A stretch of DNA of 64,000 nt from Candidatus Bathyarchaeota archaeon (GTDB lineage Archaea; Thermoproteota; Bathyarchaeia; Bathyarchaeales; Bathycorpusculaceae): NCBI GenBank assembly GCA_963729805.1, contig CAVSPH010000014.1, forward strand, positions 6,832 through 70,831. The letters are read 5' to 3'. The position numbers and the translations under genes were made by a program. Of this stretch, positions 43,742 through 52,597 are shown piece after piece; position 1 is the stretch's first letter, and each line of letters starts with the position of its first letter. The notes beneath the pieces are model-generated. The model searched no databases. It saw nothing but the letters and a program-made list of their open reading frames with translations, and was not told the origin of the DNA.

Positions 43742-44197
43742 CTATTTCCTTCGCAATCCTTTTTCCCAAATCGTAACAGTTAGAAACATCCCTTCAACAA
43801 CGTCCTTGGACTCAAGAACTACACCCGAAACCATTCGCATTTTTAAAGCAAAACCAAATGCAAGCTCTAACATTCGTAGACATTCTTGCCCATCATCATA
43901 ACCACCAGTGGAAGTGAAGCAACCGCACACTTTACCTTTAAGCGAATGGCCTTGAGCATAGAACTCAAGAATTATTTCATCTAAAAACTTCTTAGGTTGC
44001 CAAGCTATATTGCTGTAATAAGTAGGATACCCAAAAGCGATTCCATCAACTGCAAGCAAATCAGAAACGGCGCAATCGACAACAGTTTTAGAGATTACAT
44101 TTATTCCCTCATCCCGAGCGCCTCTGACTATCTCTGCAGCCATTTTTTGAGTGGCACCTTTTTGGGAATAGTAGATAACTAACAAAGTAGTAGACAT
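43742..44197 (-). CDS. Flavodoxin/WrbA-like protein
   Basis: YYSQKGATQKMA, GYPTYY, LKGKVCGCFTS. Confidence 0.82.
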   Translation of the reverse strand: MSTTLLVIYYSQKGATQKMAAEIVRGARDEGINVISKTVVDCAVSDLLAVDGIAFGYPTYYSNIAWQPKKFLDEIILEFYAQGHSLKGKVCGCFTSTGGYDDGQECLRMLELAFGFALKMRMVSGVVLESKDVVEGMFLTVTIWEKGLRRK

Positions 44198-44268
44198 TTT
44201 ACAGTCCTATTTAGTCAGACAATCCATTATAATTAATTTATGGCTAAGAAACTTACTTCGAAAAATCG

Positions 44269-44355
44269 GCCAGCCATAACATGGTTATTCTAAGAAAAGA
44301 GTATTTGAGGGTGAAGTCACGAGCTGAAGAGGGTTCGAATCACACCCTGGCACTA
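44269..44355 (+). pseudogene. Probable decayed tRNA (Leu-GAG-like)
   Basis: 87 nt; GCCAG...CTGGC-A-CTA ends, TTGAGGG anticodon-loop-like heptamer, GGTTCGAATC T loop; D and anticodon stems broken. Confidence 0.4.
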
Positions 44356-44362
44356 ATAAATC

Positions 44363-45284
44363 TCATGCTTTATCCTGTAAGCTGGAGCAGATGAGTTTGT
44401 TCACTTCTGTGACAGCTTTTATTGATACTTCAAGCATGTCGTCGCTTGGTTCTTTGGTGGTTAGGTGTTGAAAAGCTAGTCCAGGCGCAACTAGGACTTT
44501 TGTTATGGGTGAGTTTTTGTATTTGCCACTTAGTCGTAAAAGTTCATAAGAAATTCCTGCAATGACGGGAATTAGTAGCAAGCGGTAAGATAAGTTGATC
44601 ATGAAACCTAAGATTCGGCATTACTGTGAATAGGATAATGCTGATTATTAACACAATAAAAAGAAAACTAGTTCCGCATCGAGGATGCAGACGCGAATAT
44701 TTTTTGACATGCTCAACATCCATTGGCACGCCTGCTTCATGAGCGTTTATGGCTTTATGTTCAGCGCCATGATACATCAACACCCGCTTATATTGACCCC
44801 ACAAAGAAATAGCTGAAAGATAACCAACAAACATAGACAAACGTATGACAGCTTCGACCAGGTTGAAAACAAAGCCTTTCAAGTTTAGCCAAGTGGACAA
44901 AAGGAAGGGCACCAAGAAGAAAACAGCCATTATACCTACAATGGCAGCGGCAAGCAAACCGATTTCTGCGTAGCCAAACTCTATCTTTTCTGGCTCCCCA
45001 CCTTCGGCACCTTCAATCTCAAAAGCCGTAGTCGCAGAAGACATCATAGTTTGCATACCGAGATAGAAACTTTCAACCATGTTTACTACTCCTCTGAAAA
45101 AAGGCCAGCCTAAAACTCTATGTTTTTCAGAGTAAGGAGTTAGTGGTTTTATATCTAGCACAATTTCTTTTCTGGGATTTCTTACGCATGACACCAAATG
45201 TTTTCGAGAGCGTATCATTACACCTTCAATTAGTGCTTGACCACCAAATGCCAGCGATGGCTCTTTCTTCAAATTATCCGGCAA
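44363..45284 (-). CDS. DUF1385 (YqhQ) membrane protein (indel near 44600)
   Basis: FGGQALIEGVM, YHGAEHK, HPRCGTSF, GISYE, LTTKEP. Confidence 0.9.
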
Positions 45285-45890
45285 ATCTTTTCACTCGGCC
45301 CACAATATGAAAACATAATTCGAGGCTTATAAAACTTGAACAAATTGAGACAAATATAACAAAACCAAACCTACAGCAAAAAACGAATCAATGCATTTCT
45401 CCGAATTCGAATCACACCGACACAATTTACAACGTAAAGGCGGAATGCGACAAGTGTTATTGAGAAAATGTCCTAAGTGGAAGTGGGAGATTAAGGGGGA
45501 TTGAAAAATTGTACCCAAAAAATGGGCTATTTCTCTTCCCGTCAATCTAATCAGAACCGTAGCCATAATCAGTCATATTGCTCCATAAATCAAGAGATCC
45601 CAACCCAACTATCAGTTTAATATCATCTTAAGGTGTGCAGCTTTGGTGGAGCTTAAACATTTATGATTCTTTGGCTCGAACATGCTTCCCACTGTTTGTC
45701 ATGTTCGACTGGCGTTCTTTCGCTTCAACCTACCAAAGTTGACGAGCCTATCAGAGTTTTCTTTAAAAAAGGTTGGAACCGAATTGGTCTGTCGATTATA
45801 TCTTGGGTGCAGCATATTTTGCTGACGATTCACATTATAGATATCAGAGAAATTGAAACAACATGGATATAACAAGTATCTTTTGCGTGA

Positions 45891-46076
45891 TTTCTGTCTT
45901 TTATTGCCTTTTATTGACTTTTGTTGACGTTAGTTGACTTTTGTTGACTCAACCTGCAACGGATTTAAGCTTTGCTACAGAAATACAACCCAAAACAAGC
46001 TGCTAAAAAAATAGAAAAACACCGCGACAACCTACACAATGTGCATAGCTGACGGCTCCGACCGTCGAAGGGAGCC
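45891..46076. repeat. Non-coding module copy A: six 10-bp tandem units plus a 130-bp conserved core
   Basis: TTTCTGTCTT TTATTGCCTT TTATTGACTT TTGTTGACGT TAGTTGACTT TTGTTGACTC, then AACCTGCAACGGATTTAAGCTTT...CAATGTGCATAG. Confidence 0.85.
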
Positions 46077-46407
46077 TATTGGAATTACTCAGATTGCACT
46101 AAGATTAGATCTGCATGGATCGTCTTCTTAACGCCCAAAACGCTAACTGTAAATTCCATAATAAAAGGTGTACTAACTGGTACATACTACCAATTCTGGT
46201 TTCTTTACTTGAGCTAAAATTTGAGTATTTTATGCTATTTTTCTTTAGATACGAAAATACGCCATTATCAAGGTGATATAAAAAATTAAAAGGGTTCCTT
46301 TCTATCATAAAAATAGAATTTCTTGGCCATCAAAGAGAACCCCAAAAAAAATAGAAAAGATTAGTAAGACTAAGGTAACATATTAACATGAAAGCTGAAG
46401 ATATTTA

Positions 46408-48153
46408 ATGAAAAAGAAATTTTTCCAAGCTTGCCTTTTCCTAACATTAATTGGACTGCTATTGATAGTACCGATCGGACAAGTATCAGCCCAAATAGTA
46501 TGGGACTTACAAGTAACCAACACCGCAAACAACACGGTTAACTACAGCTATAATCAACTTTTGGCAATGCCTAAAACTACCGTAAACGCTGCAGAATACT
46601 GCTATGGCAGTTTTGTAACCAGTGGCGACTGGACTGGAGTAAGCCTAAGCTATTTGCTCCAACAATCAGGACTGGATTCATCAGTAGCTTCAGTTAATTT
46701 TCTAGCCCAAGACGGATACGCAGTAAGCCTTCCAACACAGGAAGCCTTGCAATCAGATGTAATCATCGCTTACCAGCAGGACGGCGTCTCTCTGCCTGAA
46801 ACACTGCGTCTAGTAATCCCTGAAGACAACGGCAACATGTGGATCGCAATGATCATTTCAATAGCTATGAGCACCTCTACAACTCAACCCGGAATTAGTG
46901 GTGGACAAGGAATACAAATACCGACAAAACCGATCGTCTCGCCAAACTCACCAACCCCAACACCAACAACGACACAAACTCCAACACCACCAGCTACCTC
47001 ATCGCCTTCAGCAATTCCTTCAACAAGCTCTATCAGGACTCAGCTTTGGAACTACACTACAGGAAACTCTGTTGAATCTTCCCCCACCGCTCTCAACGGC
47101 GCCATCTACATTGGCTCAGAAGACGGCAAAGTCTACGCTTTAAACGCTAAGAGCGGATTTCAAATCTGGAACTACACCACTGGAGGAGCAGTATTTTCTT
47201 CCCCCACCGTTGTAGGCGGCGTCGTTTACATAGGCTCATACGATGACAAAATCTACGCCTTAAACGCTACAAACGGCAACAAACTCTGGACCTACCCAAC
47301 CAAAGGCCCCATCGCATCATCCGCTGCCGTCACCAACGGAGTAGTCTACATAGGCTCACTCGACGACAACGTTTATGCTATAAACGCTACCAGCGGAACC
47401 CAAATTTGGAACTACACCACAGGAGACTATGTGCGTTCTTCCCCAAAAGTTGTTGACGGCGTGGTCTACGTAGGATCAAGCGATGTAAAAATCTATGCCT
47501 TGAACGCTGCGAATGGAAAGGTAATTTGGAGTTTCTCCACAGGGAGCGCGGTGGTCTCTTCTCCTGCAGTCGTCGACGGCGTCGTATATGTGGGCTCGGA
47601 ACACGCTAAGATTTATGCTTTGAATGCTGCTACTGGAGCTCAACTTTGGAATTTCACAACAGGAAACTCCGTAGAGTCTTCGCCCGCAGTTGTCGACGGC
47701 ATCGTTTACGTGGGCTCAGTAGACGGCAAAGTCTACGCTCTGCAAGCTACAAACGGACGTCAAATCTGGAGCTACGTAACGGGGAGCGCGGTGGTTTCTT
47801 CTCCCGCAGTTGTCGACGGGATTGTTTATGTTGGTTCGGGAGATGGTAGAGTTTATGCTTTGAATGCTGCAAACGGAACTCAAATTTGGAATTACACGAC
47901 GGAGGGTTATGTAGGTTCTTCGCCTACTGTTGTTGGCGGGGTCGTTTATGTTGGCTCACAGGATGGTAGGGTCTATGCTATTAGTACAGGCTCAATAGCA
48001 AACGCCGAAGTTCCAATGGTCTACGTAATCGTGGCGTTAGCAGCTGTAATTATTTTAATCGTAGTGTTGTCATTAGTGCTTGTTAAACGAAAAAAAAACT
48101 TGCAAAACGAAACTCAAAACATTCATAATAGAGCAGAAACCAAATGCAACTAG
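46408..48153 (+). CDS. Exported Moco-fold domain + Pro/Thr linker + 8-blade PQQ-like beta-propeller + C-terminal TM
   Basis: AAEYCYG, WTGVSL, AQDGY, IIAYQQDG..LRLVIP; eight ~40-aa repeats W.YTTG..V.SSP.V.DG.VYVGS.DG.VYALNA. Confidence 0.85.
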   Translation: MKKKFFQACLFLTLIGLLLIVPIGQVSAQIVWDLQVTNTANNTVNYSYNQLLAMPKTTVNAAEYCYGSFVTSGDWTGVSLSYLLQQSGLDSSVASVNFLAQDGYAVSLPTQEALQSDVIIAYQQDGVSLPETLRLVIPEDNGNMWIAMIISIAMSTSTTQPGISGGQGIQIPTKPIVSPNSPTPTPTTTQTPTPPATSSPSAIPSTSSIRTQLWNYTTGNSVESSPTALNGAIYIGSEDGKVYALNAKSGFQIWNYTTGGAVFSSPTVVGGVVYIGSYDDKIYALNATNGNKLWTYPTKGPIASSAAVTNGVVYIGSLDDNVYAINATSGTQIWNYTTGDYVRSSPKVVDGVVYVGSSDVKIYALNAANGKVIWSFSTGSAVVSSPAVVDGVVYVGSEHAKIYALNAATGAQLWNFTTGNSVESSPAVVDGIVYVGSVDGKVYALQATNGRQIWSYVTGSAVVSSPAVVDGIVYVGSGDGRVYALNAANGTQIWNYTTEGYVGSSPTVVGGVVYVGSQDGRVYAISTGSIANAEVPMVYVIVALAAVIILIVVLSLVLVKRKKNLQNETQNIHNRAETKCN

Positions 48154-48179
48154 TTACAATTTTGATGTCAACGTCTAAA

Positions 48180-48520
48180 CTTGGATCTCCATACTTCAAC
48201 TATCTGATGCTAATAGAGCATTTTTAAACTCTACTGCAGCTTCTCCGCAAGAATAACATTAGCTAACACCCAAATAACTTTAAAGAATCGTTGAAAACAT
48301 AGCCAAAACAATTCTTACACGTAAAGTTCCGACTTGCCCTCATAGCCTGCACATTATCCCGCACCTTAAACCCTGTCTCTATACTACACCATTTACGATA
48401 TTCCTCAGGCAACAGCTCATATGCTGAAATCACCAGTTCGATCGAAGTATTCATGAAAAAACCAATGTAACGTTCAATCACTCCGTTCGCCACCCCCGCA
48501 TCCTTTTTACCTGGATTCAC
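48180..48520 (-). mobile_element. Degraded IS transposase C-terminal remnant (IS4-superfamily, ISH3-like)
   Basis: EEYRKWCSIETGFK...RASRNFT...VLANVILAE resembles the Y-x-x-R-W-x-I-E (YREK) motif region. Confidence 0.6.
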
Positions 48521-48677
48521 CTAATCGGATTTGCATTGCCTCCGAGTTAAAATCGATTCTGCAGATCATAAAATAGGACTGGAAAAAGATACCTGCGGAA
48601 AACTGAATTTGGGAATAACTATATAAAATTATGGTAAATCACTAGATTACAGCAAAATTATAGGAGACAAGAAAAAA

Positions 48678-51470
48678 ATGCAATTTTCAAAAAACAAAAC
48701 TGCAGCTATTGCGATTTCAATATTCTTAATGACTATAATGGGAGCTTCAGTGATTCTTGTGCCATCCACCAGTGCGCATTCACCAGCATGGCAGATTCCA
48801 ACGTTTGCTCATATATTTGCTGCACCTAGTCCAGTAGGCGTCGGTCAGAGCTGCTGGATAGACATGTTTTTGGGAAACCCACCATTCCCCAGCGCAGCCT
48901 TCACAAACAACTACAGATACCATAATTACGAACTCACAATAACTGCACCTGACGGCACAACAACGACACAAACTTTTGCTTACATTGCAGATGCAACAGA
49001 TAACCAGAACTATCTCTTCACTCCAACTCAGCTCGGCACATACAACCTTACCTTTACTTATCCAGGAGAAACAATAACAGCCAGTCTCCAACCCGTCGGC
49101 TCAGCTTACGTTAACGACAGTTTTCTACCCAGCTCTTCATCAACAACACTTGTCGTGCAATCAGCACCAATTCCTTCAGCTATCGGTAGCTCTCCTCTGC
49201 CGACAGCTTACTGGACACGCCCAATATACGGTGAAAACACTGTTTGGTACACAATTGCTTCTCAATGGTATGGTTCAGGTATAACAGGTTTTGGCGCTAT
49301 GCTTGGACCTAACGAACAGATGTTCCCAGGACAAGATAGTGGAGCAACAGCCGTAGGACCTATCACAAGCCACATCATGTGGACAAAACCAACCCAAGGC
49401 CAACAAGGAGGAGTTGTCGGAGGAAACTCTCTTGCGATTCCTGGAGACACCTATTTTGATGGTTCTGCATACGAGCAAAGATACGTCAATCCGATAATAC
49501 TAAACGGATACATCTACTATACCGAAACAGTTTCATTCACAGGAGCTGCCGGGGGACTATCATCAGTAGCCAATTATGGACCAACTGACTGCGTTGATTT
49601 ACGCACAGGACAAGTTATCTGGAGCACCACCCAAATCCCCGCACTATCATTCGGCTACATTTACGACGTACAAGACCCCAACCAACATGGAGTATACCAA
49701 GGAATTTTATTCACATCCGGCTTTGCGCGTGCTTTTGATGCAGCTACAGGAGATCCACTATTCAACGTAACTGGCGTTCCCTCAGGCAGCGGAGTAGTAC
49801 TTGGCCCAAGTGGTGAAATCATAAAGTACATCCTCACAAACACAGGCACTACAGCGAATCCGAATTGGTATCTTAGTGAGTGGAACTCATCCAGATTAAT
49901 GGAAATGTACGCCAACCCAATAAATCTCGGCGCTGTTGACGTCCCTACAATGTACAACGACTCTTTTACCAATGGCACCACTTTACCCACAGCCGATGCG
50001 CAGTACGCAAATGTTACACAACCAGCTATAGGAACCCCAGCTGGAAACGACAATCAATCACCAGCTACTTATGATTATGTAGTCTACGCAAACGTAGTAA
50101 ATTCAAGCAGCACACTATACAGTTATGACTGGAACGTCTCTATACCATGGCGCAACACCATGACCTTAACACCCAGCATACTTTCAACTTACTATGGTAA
50201 TTTGATGCTTTGCAGAAACGGCTCATATCCAGCATTAGGCGCAAACACTCCCTACACATACTTCGCCGTAAACCTTAACGCAAGCAGAGGCACAATCGGC
50301 TCAATAATGTGGATGACAACAGAGCAGCCACCAGCAGGCAACATCACGACTATCACATATGCAGGGTGTGATCCAGCGGCAAACGCGTTTTGCGAATCAT
50401 ATAGATCATCTCAACAATTCGTAGGATATAGCCTATCAACAGGGCAGCAAATATGGGGACCAACTGCATCTCAACCAGCCCTTGACTACTTTGGCAGTCC
50501 AGGACCAGGCACCTTATCCGATCAGATTGCATACGGAAATATCTACAGTGTCGCGTATTCAGGAGTACTCTATTGCTACAATTTAGCAACTGGAAACGTA
50601 TTGTGGACATACGGTAATGGCGGATCAGGCAACAGCACTAACGCAGGTTTAAACACGGCCTACGGTGATTACCCAACCTTCGTAAACGCAGTTGGCAACG
50701 GAGTAATTTACACCGTTACAACTGAGCACACTATTGAAACACCAATCTGGAAAGGTGTATTAGCCCGAGCCATTAATGCCACGACCGGAGCAGAAATATG
50801 GACGCTTTCAGATTTCACAACCGAATTCAGCGCGGAAAGCTATGCAATTGCGGATGGCTTTGCAACATTCTTTAACGGCTACGACAACTCAATCTACAGC
50901 GTTGGCCAAGGACCAAGCGCAACTACTGTTACCGCACCAAACGCAGGCCTATCATTCGGACAAAACGTAGTAATCAGAGGAACTGTGATAGACATTTCAG
51001 CAGGCACACAACAAACAGAACAGAAAGCAGACTTCCCACAAGGCGTTCCAGTCGCATCTGACGCAAGCATGACCCAGATGGATGGGCTACGTTTACCAGC
51101 AACAAGCCAATTCCAACCAACTTCACAGGCGTTCCAGTGACAATAAACGTCGTTGACTCTAACGGCAACTACAGAACACATCGGCACAGCAACCACAGAC
51201 GCAAGCGGCTCATACAGCCTAACATGGACTCCTGACATATCAGGCAACTACACCGTCATCGCTAATTTCGCAGGCACAAACGGCTATTGGCCATCATCGT
51301 CCGAAACCCACTTTGACGTAATGAACGCAGCACCAACAGCATCACCATATCCAGTAGTTAATCTGCCACCCACAGAAACATACTTCGCCATATCCACAAT
51401 CGCTATAATCATCGCAATTGCCATAGTCGGCGCAGTAGTTGTCCTACGTACTCAGAAAAAGACCATAAAA
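48678..51470 (+). CDS. Large membrane-anchored PQQ-like beta-propeller protein of the type expanded in Bathyarchaeia (indels near 51.1 and 51.45 kb)
   Basis: PSPVGVGQ, PLPTAYWTRPI, SHIMWTKP, CVDLRTG..IW, YDNSIYSVGQGPSATTV, GTVIDISAGT, C-terminal TM. Confidence 0.85.
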
Positions 51471-51591
51471 AACAAACAAAAACAACAACATCTTCCCTTT
51501 TTATTTTTTTTCATATGTGCGTAAGTGGCATATAAGTTCTGTTTCCCATTGTATTTGTTCTGTTTGCCTCTTGATTAATGACGTTGGCCAA

Positions 51592-51692
51592 TTTCTGTCT
51601 CCCATTGCCTTTTTTCGTCTTTTATTGCCTTTTTTCGTCTTTTTGGTACGCAACCTGCAGCCAATTAAAGCTTTGATTAAGAAATGCAGCCA
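51592..51692. repeat. Non-coding module copy B (partial core)
   Basis: TTTCTGTCTC CCATTGCCTT TTTTCGTCTT TTATTGCCTT TTTTCGTCTT TTTGGTACGC, then AACCTGCAGCCAATTAAAGCTTTGATTAAGAAATGCAGCC. Confidence 0.75.
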
Positions 51693-51717
51693 CTCATCTC
51701 CCAAACTCTTTTAATTT

Positions 51718-51903
51718 TTCGTTAGGTTCTGTTACATTTTTTTACATTTTCTTACCTTTTTTTACATTTCTTTACTCAACCTACAACGGATTTAAGCTTT
51801 ATTTCAGAAATGCAACCCAAAACAAGCTGCTAAAAAAACAGAAAAACCTCTCGCCAACCTAGTCAATGTGCATAGACAACGAAACCGACCGTCAAAGAGA
51901 CCC
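51718..51903. repeat. Non-coding module copy C
   Basis: TTCGTTAGGT TCTGTTACAT TTTTTTACAT TTTCTTACCT TTTTTTACAT TTCTTTACTC, then a core aligning gaplessly to copy A (about 109/130 by hand count). Confidence 0.85.
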
Positions 51904-52358
51904 TGAGAATGTTATGGATTTATTTTTTCCATATATCCATAATCAACATACAAATTCGTTTTAATATCTTAGTTCATCCTATTTGCTTCATAGCGGATAA
52001 CACTTCTTCTAACACGACGTTTCTGAGACATTTGCAATTTGGTACAAAAATAATTTAAAGCTTACATACAATTGTAGACATATGTTTTTTTCAACTCTTT
52101 TAAGGCAAGAATACGCAGCAAATTTCTAATTATAAACAGCCACAAAGCTCATACCTCTTGCTAAACAAAACAAGAAGAGAACAATCAACCAAAATAGACT
52201 CTGCTTTTAGATTTGATTATTGGCAGTCGACTAGATGGGCTGTGCCGTCTGGGCAGAAGACTTTCTCGCCTACTGATACATGGGCAAATCGACGTTTGCA
52301 TTCAGAAAGTTGTCTTTCGCATCCGTCACAATCACGAGATAGCATTTCATCACCTTGC

Positions 52359-52372
52359 ATGACACGTGTCAT
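52359..52372. promoter_or_regulatory. Perfect 14-bp palindrome just upstream of a TATA-like box before polB2
   Basis: ATGACACGTGTCAT followed by AAGTTGCTTATAC. Confidence 0.5.
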
Positions 52373-52597
52373 AAGTTGCTTATACGGCTTTCTCCATCAA
52401 AAATAGTTTTTCAAGAACCCAAAAAAGACCAAAAAAGTCAAAACATCCTCTTCATTTTCACTGCCCCCTCTCCACTGCTCGCGAATGTCGCTTTGGCAAA
52501 TTTCTTTTAAAGGATTTTGAGGATAAGCACAAGCCCTTTGGCCTACACAATGAAAAGAAAAAACACGTCATGCCTACCGAGGCAAAGAAGGAATTAA

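Noticed and set aside
45891-45950. 10-bp tandem arrays as CRISPR
   Set aside because: The units are too short, have no spacers, and no cas genes are present
47030-47990. ~120-bp periodic repeats as a DGR or other repeat system
   Set aside because: They are the coding blades of a PQQ-like propeller; there is no reverse transcriptase or adenine-specific TR/VR pattern
52236-52256. GCCGTCTGGGCA resembling the ZTP (pfl) riboswitch 3' hairpin
   Set aside because: The complementary 5' aptamer segment is absent and no purine or folate gene lies downstream
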